The notes: generated from the letters alone by a model not told the origin. A DNA stretch of 64,000 nucleotides from Coleofasciculus sp. B1-GNL1-01 (GCA_040220235.1 JAVJTO010000017.1), one strand, 5' to 3'. Shown: positions 42,057 through 51,117, numbered from the stretch's first letter. Numbers and translations: made by a program.

Positions 42057-43928
42057 ATGGTTGGTGATAAAGAAAAAGCTAAACGTCCTTTAGCCGCTAA
42101 GATAGAGGAAGTATTTGGGCTTGACCTGCGATCGCTAGCAGTTTTTCGCATCGGTCTGGCGTTGATGGTGATTTGGGATTTAATCATCCGGGTTAAAGGG
42201 TTAAATGCTCATTATACGGATTCTGGGATTCTCCCGCGTAGCGCACTAATTGATGAATTCCTCAATCCCTGGTATCTGTCTATCCATGTAATTAGCGGTG
42301 AGCCTTTTGTCCAAGGGCTACTTTTTTTATTGGCGTTTTTTATCGCTTTGGCGATGTTAGTAGGATATCGCACCCGACTAGCAACAATTGCGACGTGGGC
42401 GTTAGTTATTTCCCTGCAACACCGCAATCCGGCGTTAATTTTTGCCGCCGATGATGTGCTGCGAGCGATCCTATTTTGGGCTATGTTTTTACCCTTGGGT
42501 GCGTCTTATTCGGTGGATAGTGCGCTGAATACATCGACCCAACCGTTACCGAAGCGGGTTGTCTCTGGTGCGACGTTTGCCTTGATGGTACAACTCTGCT
42601 TTATTTATATGTGGTCGGCGGCGTATAAAACCCAGAGTGAGATTTGGTGGCCCCAAGGCGATGCGGTTTATTATTCCTTAAGTTTCGATCAGTATGTATC
42701 GGGATTTGGTCTATTTTTACTGAGCTTTCCGCCACTCTTGTTAAAAGCGATTACATTCAGCGCCCTCTGGTTTGAATGGATCGGACCATTGATGATATTT
42801 ATTCCCTTCCGGAATAGCTTTTTCCGCTGTGTGGCGATTGTTTCATTTATTCTGTTACATATTGGGTTTGAGTTAAGTTTTGAACTGGGGGTTTTATCGT
42901 TTCTGAGTATGGCGACGTGGTTGGCGCTGCTTCCGAGTCCGGTTTGGGATGGACTGGCTAAGCGGTTGAATACCGATAAACGTCGGGGGTTAAGGATTTA
43001 TTATGATGCCGATTGTGGCTTTTGTAAGAAGGTTGTCCATCTGATTCGCACGGTCTTAATTTTGCCGAGAACTCCGTTACGAATGGCTCAAGATGATGCG
43101 TCGATTTGTGCGGATATGGAAGCCCAAAATTCATGGGTGGTTGTGGATTGGCAAGAAAATCGGCATTTTAAGTTTGAAGCTATCGCCTATGTGGTGAGTC
43201 TGTCGCCGTTATTTGGGTTTTTGGCTAGGGTGTTGAGATGGCGTCCAGTTATGGCGGTGGGGACGAGGTTTTATGAGACAATAGCGTCTAATCGACGCAC
43301 GGCTGGGATGTTAACTAAACCGCTCAAGTTTCGCCCGATTGAGGTACGTCCTTCACGGCTGCTGAATGCGATCGCGTTATTTTTACTGATGTTTACATTT
43401 ATTTGGAATCTTCGCAGTTTTGCTGCTCAAACCTTTACCAGACGACCGGTTGAGAAAGATGACTGGATTAGTGCGACGCATAAGTTTTTGAATCGCCGGA
43501 CATTTCAGCGCATTGATCCGGTGAGTCGTTTGACGCGATTGGATCAGTCGTGGAGTATTTTTGCGCCGTCACCGCCTCTAGATGATGGTTGGCATGTGAT
43601 TGAAGGTAAACTGAAGGATGGCAGTGAAATTGATATTCTCCAGGGTGGGGGTGCGGTGAATTGGGATAAGCCGACTCCTCAGCAGTTAAAGGCGATATAT
43701 GGGAATCAGCAATGGCGGGTTTATTTCATTAATTTAAATCGGGCGATCGGGAAAAAGCTTTATCCTTATTATGGAAAGTATCTCTGTCGGACGTGGAATG
43801 CTACCCATGACGGTGGTAAGCAATTGGAGAGTTTTGAGATGTATTTTATGGATGAGAGAACTGTACCGCCAGGTGAACCTCAAGATGTAGAGAAGGTTAA
43901 GAGGTTGGAGCAATCTTGTTCGGATTAG
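42057..43928 (+). CDS. HTTM-domain membrane protein with inserted DCC1-like thiol-disulphide domain
   Basis: DLRSLAVFRI HTTM start, YYDADCGFC (DxxCxxC), C-terminal DQSWSIFAP. Confidence 0.8.
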   Translation: MVGDKEKAKRPLAAKIEEVFGLDLRSLAVFRIGLALMVIWDLIIRVKGLNAHYTDSGILPRSALIDEFLNPWYLSIHVISGEPFVQGLLFLLAFFIALAMLVGYRTRLATIATWALVISLQHRNPALIFAADDVLRAILFWAMFLPLGASYSVDSALNTSTQPLPKRVVSGATFALMVQLCFIYMWSAAYKTQSEIWWPQGDAVYYSLSFDQYVSGFGLFLLSFPPLLLKAITFSALWFEWIGPLMIFIPFRNSFFRCVAIVSFILLHIGFELSFELGVLSFLSMATWLALLPSPVWDGLAKRLNTDKRRGLRIYYDADCGFCKKVVHLIRTVLILPRTPLRMAQDDASICADMEAQNSWVVVDWQENRHFKFEAIAYVVSLSPLFGFLARVLRWRPVMAVGTRFYETIASNRRTAGMLTKPLKFRPIEVRPSRLLNAIALFLLMFTFIWNLRSFAAQTFTRRPVEKDDWISATHKFLNRRTFQRIDPVSRLTRLDQSWSIFAPSPPLDDGWHVIEGKLKDGSEIDILQGGGAVNWDKPTPQQLKAIYGNQQWRVYFINLNRAIGKKLYPYYGKYLCRTWNATHDGGKQLESFEMYFMDERTVPPGEPQDVEKVKRLEQSCSD

Positions 43929-44134
43929 TTACCCTCTTTTTGCCACGGCGATTAAAATCGCTACTACACTAATGTATGCGAAGCCTTCCCGAAGGGTAGT
44001 CCGCCTACGCGGACTGAATTATAACAGGGGTGGCTAACTAGGCAGATCATTCTCAAAGAGTAACCCAATTTATCGGCTGCGTTTCCCATTCCCTGTTCCC
44101 TCCCTTCACCACAATACTGATTCAGTCAACCCTA

Positions 44135-44668
44135 ATGAGTTCAATTCTAACTACCCCACTCACTGAATTTCTGTCTCAACCTAATATTGAGTCGTCTCCA
44201 GCATGGGAATTGATCAATGGGTGTGCGATACAAAAGCCGATGCCAACCCTTTTTCACTCGCGGCTACAACGCAATTTGGTTAATTATATTAACCGTCATA
44301 CGGATAGGTTTGAAGCGGTACAAGAACTACGTTGTCTAGTTCCGCCCTATTCTCCAGTCCCAGATATTTCTATTATTAGGATTGATCGTCTGTCGGAAGA
44401 GGATGGACCTTTTGATGGCGCACCCGATTGGTTGATTGAAATTCGCTCACCTGACCAAAGTACGTTAGATTTACAGAAAAAGATTCTCCATTGTCTCAGC
44501 AATGGTACACAATTAGCTTGGTTAATTGACCCCGGAAGTGAACAGGTTTGGGTATGGCAGGGAGATAACTTACCAACCATCTGTTCAGGTTCAGAGGCTT
44601 TGCCTATTTTGGGTAATTTGCCTCAATTGACTGTTGATGCTGTCATGGGAATGACTCGCCGCTTATAA
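44135..44668 (+). CDS. Uma2 (DUF820) family PD-(D/E)XK protein
   Basis: WELING..QKPMP, VPDI, APDWLIEIRSP, WLIDP. Confidence 0.92.
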   Translation: MSSILTTPLTEFLSQPNIESSPAWELINGCAIQKPMPTLFHSRLQRNLVNYINRHTDRFEAVQELRCLVPPYSPVPDISIIRIDRLSEEDGPFDGAPDWLIEIRSPDQSTLDLQKKILHCLSNGTQLAWLIDPGSEQVWVWQGDNLPTICSGSEALPILGNLPQLTVDAVMGMTRRL

Positions 44669-44785
44669 TTGGCAAGCTGTCAGGGTGTCGGTTGGGTTGA
44701 CGTAAGGAAACTCAACCAAATCTAGCGTAAACCTGCTGGGCGCAAGCCTTGCGCCCCTACGGACGTGACACAGCTACAATGGTAA

Positions 44786-44930
44786 TAAGTAGTCGGACAA
44801 AAGAAAACAGCACGCCCATGCTTGTTTTGTAAACAAGCCTCAAATCCTTACAAAGGACGAATGACGTAGCTTGCTTCTCGAGGGCAGCGAGTTCTCCACT
44901 GTTCACGTTAATTGTGTCCACTTATACTTA
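44786..44930. mobile_element. Degenerate MITE-like element
   Basis: Imperfect TIRs TAAGTAGTCGGACA / TGTCCACTTATACTTA enclosing an STRR-associated unit. Confidence 0.45.
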
Positions 44931-44999
44931 TGTGTTTTCTGGGCGTGTGTCGGTGCTATCTGATAATATAATTCACTCTCTGAGAATAAAGGGTGTTTG

Positions 45000-45236
45000 A
45001 GCCGGATTTTGCGACAAGGGGTAGGTGTTTTTTTGAGTGAACCTAAATTTTTGGCTGTAATGCCGTGGGGGTAAGGCTTTGGAGGTTTTTATCTATTCAG
45101 GAGGTTGTCGCACCTTACGCCGTAAGGGTTTCAGCGATTTTAGGACTTTGGGTTGGCTAGTCGAAGGGTTAAAATTAAGGGGTTGTCGCATTGGGGGATG
45201 CAACTTCTTTCTGGGAGAGGCTTTCAGGATGCGGCA
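45000..45236 (+). promoter_or_regulatory. CRISPR leader
   Basis: Non-coding stretch 5' of repeat 1; GGTTGTCGCA at 45103 and 45181, inverted TGCGACAA at 45010, as in cyanobacterial leaders. Confidence 0.7.
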
Positions 45237-45344
45237 GTGACAATTCCCCTTCGGGGGGATTGAGGATTGAAACGATTGTCTGCCAAGCAATGGCAGCTTG
45301 CTGGGGGCGTGACAATTCCCCTTCGGGGGATTGAGGATTGAAAC
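45237..45344 (+). CRISPR. Minimal CRISPR array: 2 repeats, 1 spacer
   Basis: Repeat GTGACAATTCCCCTTCGGGGG(G)ATTGAGGATTGAAAC at 45237-45273 (37 nt) and 45309-45344 (36 nt); hairpin with C(UUCG)G loop and ATTGAAAC 3' end; 35-nt spacer GATTGTCTGCCAAGCAATGGCAGCTTGCTGGGGGC. Confidence 0.92.
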
Positions 45345-46015
45345 GGATAATTTCCCAACGCCGACTCATGACTAAACACCCATACCCCACGAGTTGCCAT
45401 CATTCCCCTGGCGGAGGAACGATCAAATTCAAAACACTTGACTAACGCTTGCCAAAATAACGCTAAATCCGCCTCCGTTACTCCAGTTTGTTTGGCAAAT
45501 TGGGGACAATAAAACCCATGCGCTTTATACAACCCGTAGGGAATAATATTTTTCCGCCCCATGGTTTTATTCTCTTTCCCCTGTTCATTGGTATCCGTTG
45601 CGGCACACCGCGTAATCGATAAATTCATCGGTAGCACCGGATCAAGGGATTCCCCAAAGGTTAATTGTACCGCACCGCGCACTTGTCCGGCATTTTTCCC
45701 CGTGGATAAAACCGCGCCAAACATACGAATGTCATAGAAATTCTCACACATCCAATCCCGTGCTGCAGCAACATCTTTGGGATTGGTTAGCCTTTTTTTC
45801 TTAGAGTCCACGGTTAACCCTTTAGCCGAAACCGCCTCATCAATTGCCTGATTTAAAATAGCGCCTTCGCTGACAAAAATCCGCTGATCTGATGCCAGGG
45901 TGACAAAGTTGCGAATCTTGCGCTTCAGACAAGCATCGGTGACTAATCCATGTCCGGTTTGTAAGTCAGTTCTGGGTGTATTGTCGGCATCTGGATCACC
46001 ATTGGGGTTTCCGCT
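45345..46015 (-). pseudogene. cas7: Type I-C Cas7 (Csd2), truncated at both ends
   Basis: One frame reads SGNPNGDPDADNTPR..GLVTDACLKRKIRN..FYDIRMFGAV..GQVRGAVQ..TMGRK..YGLY..DRSSARG..HESALGNYP. An in-frame TAA precedes it with no start codon, and it ends at the CRISPR repeat. Confidence 0.88.
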
Positions 46016-46368
46016 TTAGTTTTCTTGGTATTCAACTCACTCCAAAAGCCTAAATCAAAATAAGCTTGAGCGCCAATACTAAACGTAGTAGGAATAGCTG
46101 TGGTTTGAGCCAATTCTGCGATCGCGCCATTAATCTGGGCAAGCTGGGAGACAAACCACTGGGCTAATCCACCCTCTAATACGGCTAAATGATTTTTTGC
46201 CCCCGATGCGAGGCGATGACTCATGGGAATGGGAGAAAATCCGGCTGTGGCATAACATTTAACTGCATTGGTATTAGCTAACTCGCTAGTTTGAGCCGCC
46301 CGTTGTAACTTGGCGTAGGTGGCTAAAAGTCGCCCATACTGAAACGCGATCGCTTCTTCTTCTGTCAT
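45943..46368 (-). CDS. cas11: Putative Cas11c from an internal start in cas8c
   Basis: Purine-rich GAGGAAAGAACAAGGGAAAAAGGTA before an in-frame ATG (MTEEEAIAFQYGRLLA) at the start of the helical C-terminal domain. Confidence 0.6.
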   Translation of the reverse strand: MTEEEAIAFQYGRLLATYAKLQRAAQTSELANTNAVKCYATAGFSPIPMSHRLASGAKNHLAVLEGGLAQWFVSQLAQINGAIAELAQTTAIPTTFSIGAQAYFDLGFWSELNTKKTKAETPMVIQMPTIHPELTYKPDMD

Positions 46369-47631
46369 TACCTTTTTCCCTTGTTCTTTCCTCACTTGTT
46401 TCACGCCTTCACTATACATATTTAATAGCACCGCACGGGGATAACTCACGGTTTGCTCAATTCGATTTCGCCCACAGACTCGTTGGATTAAATCCATAGG
46501 TAAGGCTTCACCATAAACAGCATTTCGCATCAATGCAGTTACAGTACGACTTTGGATTTCTTTCGCCTCCCGATACCCCGCCGCCGCCAACCGCCAGACG
46601 CCCAAATATCCGCAATTATCACGATTCCAGCCAATCACTTCTTGACGCTTTAACCATTGTTCATAGTGGTGAACAAACTCCGGTTCTTTGCCATGAATCC
46701 AATCGCGAACCACTAATCGACTGGTATAGCCGGATAACGCCAAAATATTAAACTCCCAATCGGGATTAATCTGCTGTGGTTTGTGGAAGAGATTCAGATA
46801 ATCTCGCACCGTTTCTACACTCGGCGTTTCAAATAAATGCCGCGTCATTCCCCCAGAATCTGCCCAAAAAACAAAGGTTGTACTACCGATATTAATATGA
46901 TGATTGTCGTCCCGTAATAGATAACTCAGGGCTTGGGAAAATTGTTCATCAGCTTCAGCACTAATGGGTGAAACTAATGCTCCCGATAAGCCATAAGACC
47001 AACAGGATTTATCATAGGCACTAATTAACGAAGCCCCCGCCGAATTTGTCCCCGGTACACCTTTAATCTGCAAGGAAAACTTGGTAGTTACGGGTAATTC
47101 CTCCCCCGTCACTAAACACTGCATCACCGGGCGATCGCTGGCGGTTAGTTCATCTACATGTCGCGCCCAAAATTTTTGCACGGTGGGTAAATCATGGATA
47201 TAGCCAGGAACTTGATCAATGGTAAAGGTGACGGTTTGCTTAGGTTCAAGTTCTTCGAGTTGAGGATGAGAATTGAGGAAGGTTAAGATAGCCTGAACCG
47301 CTGGTTCTTTTGTGGCTTGATAACAGCGTTGTAAGAGGGCGCGATAGGCTTTGGCTTTTTCTCCATCACCGAAAATATAGTCAACGGTATCGGTAATTAA
47401 TTTGGGCTGAATCGCATTGCGGCGAATATGGGGACAAGACAGTTTTTGACCCGGTTTTGGCTTTTTGGCTTTACCGTTGCGGTCATATTGCGGGGTATTG
47501 AGTTCGATAATCCGATTAAAACTGCCATCGGGATTGAGAATAATTTGCCAGCAAATTGTCGATTCGGCGTAGGCTTTAGCGGGAAGATTAAGGGTGTGGG
47601 AGAGTTTGACTAATTCAGTGAGTATGGTCAT
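45943..47631 (-). CDS. cas8c: Type I-C Cas8c (Csd1); last ~23 aa are out-of-frame cas7 sequence
   Basis: CLVTG, IKGV, ASLIS, FWAD, RLVVRDW, AFQYGRLLA, YFDLGFW; lies between cas5 and cas7. Confidence 0.88.
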   Translation of the reverse strand: MTILTELVKLSHTLNLPAKAYAESTICWQIILNPDGSFNRIIELNTPQYDRNGKAKKPKPGQKLSCPHIRRNAIQPKLITDTVDYIFGDGEKAKAYRALLQRCYQATKEPAVQAILTFLNSHPQLEELEPKQTVTFTIDQVPGYIHDLPTVQKFWARHVDELTASDRPVMQCLVTGEELPVTTKFSLQIKGVPGTNSAGASLISAYDKSCWSYGLSGALVSPISAEADEQFSQALSYLLRDDNHHINIGSTTFVFWADSGGMTRHLFETPSVETVRDYLNLFHKPQQINPDWEFNILALSGYTSRLVVRDWIHGKEPEFVHHYEQWLKRQEVIGWNRDNCGYLGVWRLAAAGYREAKEIQSRTVTALMRNAVYGEALPMDLIQRVCGRNRIEQTVSYPRAVLLNMYSEGVKQVRKEQGKKVMTEEEAIAFQYGRLLATYAKLQRAAQTSELANTNAVKCYATAGFSPIPMSHRLASGAKNHLAVLEGGLAQWFVSQLAQINGAIAELAQTTAIPTTFSIGAQAYFDLGFWSELNTKKTKAETPMVIQMPTIHPELTYKPDMD

Positions 47632-47857
47632 GGTTTTATTATAAGTAATAGTTTGTCAATGTCACTGTTCGATCCCCCTAAATCCCCCTTCAAAAGGGGG
47701 ACTTTCTGAGCGAGTCTGCGTCGGCGGACTTGGTTTGTGTAGCTGCAACTTTCTTTTCAACAGAGAGTAAATATTTTATCTCCCTAAATCCCCCTTCAAA
47801 AGGGTGACTTTATAATCCAGTCCGCGCAGGCGGACTTGGTTTGTGTAGCTGCGACTT

Positions 47858-48487
47858 CTAGTCGCCAGAGTAAATTACCCGACAATCCATCACACCTTTT
47901 TGAATCGAGGCGCGAAAAAATATCGGTTTTGCTCCTTCTGATGTAAACTCAATATGATGCAGCATTAATCCTAAATCGGTAGTTAAATCAATGGGCGTTT
48001 CATTCTCCGTTGGCTGACTAAAATACGCCACGAATTCTCGACAGCCTAAATAGGGTTGCTGAAAACATTGCCCCTTGGCTAATCGGCGTTTAAATATTTC
48101 CAGATATTTAGTTAAGGGATCTGTTGCATGAGACTGACGCTGCATCTGAATCGTGACTAAATAGGCGACATCGTTTAAAATAAGGGCATGTCGCTGAGTG
48201 CGATCGCTCTCAATTTCTAGGATTCCTCCACTTTGGGCGGTACGATGAGATTGACGCGATTTTAGGGTATTCCGTAGAATCGAAGCTTTCTGAATCGATT
48301 TAAGGAGACTAATCTGAATTACCTGATACTGAATTTCGGGTTTCCAGAAAATAGACTCAGCGATTCCTTTGGCGGCGGAGGGGGTAATTACATCATAAGT
48401 GACTTGTTCAGTTTTAAATTCGGGGCGGGTAAATAAAGCGCGATCGCCCCAAATTTTGAAGGTGATTTCGTTGGCTTGGCTACTCAT
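47858..48487 (-). CDS. cas5: Type I-C Cas5 (Cas5d)
   Basis: WGDRALFTRPEFK.E.VTYDVITPSAAKG..ESIFWKP and QPYLGCREF motifs. Confidence 0.95.
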   Translation of the reverse strand: MSSQANEITFKIWGDRALFTRPEFKTEQVTYDVITPSAAKGIAESIFWKPEIQYQVIQISLLKSIQKASILRNTLKSRQSHRTAQSGGILEIESDRTQRHALILNDVAYLVTIQMQRQSHATDPLTKYLEIFKRRLAKGQCFQQPYLGCREFVAYFSQPTENETPIDLTTDLGLMLHHIEFTSEGAKPIFFRASIQKGVMDCRVIYSGD

Positions 48488-48611
48488 CTCCGGTTCGGTT
48501 GAGGATTCGGTATGATTCCCTTTATAGCATTTATAAATGAAAACCCCCTCTCCCCCAGCCCCTCTCCCACCAGGGGAGAGGGGAGTAAGAATGAATTAGA
48601 AATACCCAACT

Positions 48612-50723
48612 ATGACTTCAGATTATCCACCAACTCATTCTATAATTCCTGATCAATCGCCTCAGTCTAACATCCGGATTTCTCGCCCTCCTCGTCAAGA
48701 TGGAACGGTTCAAACAGTTAAGCAACACTTAGAAGAAACAGGCGCGATCGCGGCTTTTGTTCACCCCCTAGCTGAAATCGCTGGAAAATGGCATGATTTA
48801 GGTAAATTTGACCCCACTTGGCAGCAGTATTTACAAGCAAGTATGGCGGGGAATAAATGTAAATCTCCTGGACATGCTATTCATGGCGCGGCGTTAGCCT
48901 GGAAAAAAGGACTTCATGGCGTAGCCTTTGCCATTTTAGGACATCATTCTGGATTACCTAATCTCGGTGGCGCAGATGGTATCCAGCAGAAGCTAAAAGG
49001 TGATCAGCATTGGCAATCCATCCAGGCGATCGCACAAAAAGAATTAGGCGATAATTTCTTTACTTGTCCTTCCCATTATCCAAAACATCCCCTCACCGAA
49101 GACTTATTAATTCGGATTATTTTCTCGGCGTTAGTTGATGCGGATCGAGAAAGTGCTGCCCGATTTCTGGGTGACTGGGATACCGTTACACCTCCAACTA
49201 TAGAGCAATTAATCCCCCAATTTGAAACCCACTATCACCATCTGATCCAAAAGGCAGCAGATACCCCTATCAACGCCATCCGCCGGGACATTTATCGCCA
49301 TTGTCAAGCCGCCGCCACCCTAAAACCGGGATTCTTTCGCCTCACCACTCCCACAGGTGGAGGTAAAACCCTAAGTGTCATGGCATTTGCCCTCCATCAT
49401 GCCCAAAACTACCAGCAAAAACGAATTATTTACTGTCCACCGTTTACCAGTATTATTGAACAAGCCGCCCAAGTTTACCGAGAGAGTTTCTCGGAAGATG
49501 CCGTATTAGAACATCATAGCGGTGTGGTATTTGATACCCATACCGATGAATTACACCATTACCAATTCGCCGCCCAACGTTGGGATTATCCGATTATTGT
49601 ATCCACAACGGTTCAACTGTTTGAAAGTCTCTTTAGTCGCCACCCCAGCCAATGCCGGAAAGTGCATCGCATTACCAATAGTGTGATTATTTTAGATGAA
49701 GTTCAGGCATTACCGACAAAGTACCTCAAACCGATCATGTCCATGTTACGGGGATTGGTGGACAAGTGGAATTGTTCTGTGGTATTCTGTTCAGCAACTC
49801 AACCCTGGTATGGAATTCTCGATCTGCCGGAAATTCGCGATATTGTACCGCTAAATCAGCGTCAAAGCCACGCCAAAACACTCCAGCGAGTCGAGTATCA
49901 CTATCAGCCACAAGCCTGGGATTGGCGCGATTTACTCCAGGATATCCGCCAACGTTCCCTGAAGAATGCCCTTGTCGTTGTTAGTGCTAAAACAGATGCC
50001 CGTCAGGGATTCAAGGTATTATCGGAACTGGGAAATACCTTTCACCTGAGTACGAATATGTACGCCGCCCACCGTCGCCGGGTACTCAACCAAGTGCGCG
50101 ATCGCTTGAACCAGGATTTGCCTGTTTATCTCATCAGCACCCAATTAATCGAAGCTGGCGTGGATATAGACTTCACGGCTGGGTATCGTGCGATCGCGGG
50201 CTTAGATTCTATCATCCAAACCGCAGGACGAGTCAACCGGAATCATAAATTCAATCACGCCATTTTTACCATATTTGAACTCAAAAATCAAGGGTTTCCG
50301 CAGCAAGACAGGGACAAAATTCAAATCACCCGCAATTTACTCAAAGCGGGTCAATCTTTACACGATGAAGCCAGTTGTCAAGACTATTTCAAAAGCTTTT
50401 TAGCCAATCCTGCGGTTAATTTAGATCAGCAGGAGATTCAAAAGCGGCGAGAAGGTTTTATGTTTAAAGATATTGATACTCACTTCCAAATGATTGAGGA
50501 TAATAAGGTTAATGTAATTATCCCCCTAGAAGACACCGCCAAACAACTGATTGAATTAGCGCAAAAGCAACAGAGATTGAGTCAAAAACAATGGCGACTC
50601 CTACTGCACTATGCTGTCGGCGTTACCCCAAAGCTAGCCGATGCTTACTCCCAAGAAATATTCCCCGGCTTACGAGTTTGGCAGGGCGACTATAATCCTA
50701 ATTTTGGTATTGTTACCGAATAG
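48612..50723 (+). CDS. cas3: Cas3 HD nuclease-helicase
   Basis: WHDLGK, GHHSGL, SALVDAD HD domain; PTGGGKT, DEVQ, SAT, STQLIEAGVDIDF, QTAGRVNR helicase motifs. Confidence 0.95.
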   Translation: MTSDYPPTHSIIPDQSPQSNIRISRPPRQDGTVQTVKQHLEETGAIAAFVHPLAEIAGKWHDLGKFDPTWQQYLQASMAGNKCKSPGHAIHGAALAWKKGLHGVAFAILGHHSGLPNLGGADGIQQKLKGDQHWQSIQAIAQKELGDNFFTCPSHYPKHPLTEDLLIRIIFSALVDADRESAARFLGDWDTVTPPTIEQLIPQFETHYHHLIQKAADTPINAIRRDIYRHCQAAATLKPGFFRLTTPTGGGKTLSVMAFALHHAQNYQQKRIIYCPPFTSIIEQAAQVYRESFSEDAVLEHHSGVVFDTHTDELHHYQFAAQRWDYPIIVSTTVQLFESLFSRHPSQCRKVHRITNSVIILDEVQALPTKYLKPIMSMLRGLVDKWNCSVVFCSATQPWYGILDLPEIRDIVPLNQRQSHAKTLQRVEYHYQPQAWDWRDLLQDIRQRSLKNALVVVSAKTDARQGFKVLSELGNTFHLSTNMYAAHRRRVLNQVRDRLNQDLPVYLISTQLIEAGVDIDFTAGYRAIAGLDSIIQTAGRVNRNHKFNHAIFTIFELKNQGFPQQDRDKIQITRNLLKAGQSLHDEASCQDYFKSFLANPAVNLDQQEIQKRREGFMFKDIDTHFQMIEDNKVNVIIPLEDTAKQLIELAQKQQRLSQKQWRLLLHYAVGVTPKLADAYSQEIFPGLRVWQGDYNPNFGIVTE

Positions 50724-50747
50724 GCGATCGTTTCAGTGACGGGTTGA

Positions 50748-51117
50748 GGAAGGGCGGGTTTTGTCGAAAGGTTATTGGTTTCTCGGTTAATTTTGTCCCT
50801 AAACCCGCCCCGACATTGAATTTATTGTGCCGATATCAGATTTCTAGATTAACCAGAAACTGGACAATAAAACCTAGCCGATTATTAGGCGCGATCGCCT
50901 CCCAAAGATATGGGGATAAATTGGGGATTCAGGTGTTCGGTTGGCTGAGATGGTGGGGAAGGGCGGGTTTTGTTGAAAGGTTATTGGTTTCTCGGTTAAT
51001 TTTGCCCCCAAACCCGCCCCGATATTGGATTTATTGTGTCAAGATCAGATTGATAGATTAACCGGAAACTGGGCAATAAAACCTAGCCAATTATTAGACG
51101 CGATCGCATCCCAAAGA
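50748..51117 (+). repeat. Two diverged 161-bp direct repeats of REP-like elements
   Basis: 50748-50908 vs 50957-51117; each has a GGGCGGGTTT...AAACCCGCCCC stem and ends in HIP1. Confidence 0.85.

Noticed and set aside
45093..45390. Short ORFs 45093..45290 and 45175..45390
   Set aside because: They are translations of the leader and repeats (repeated NPPEGELS-like peptides).
45224..45811. ORF-track 195-aa protein as an intact Cas7
   Set aside because: It starts at an internal GTG 68 codons after the conserved GNPNGDPD region, and its last ~40 aa are translated CRISPR repeat and spacer.
48499..48507. TTGAGGATT between cas5 and cas3 as a degenerate CRISPR repeat
   Set aside because: Only 9 nt match, with no hairpin and no GAAAC end.
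50744..51061. 105-aa ORF downstream of cas3 as an accessory cas gene
   Set aside because: It lies wholly within the duplicated REP composite, and its internal peptide repeat mirrors the DNA repeat.
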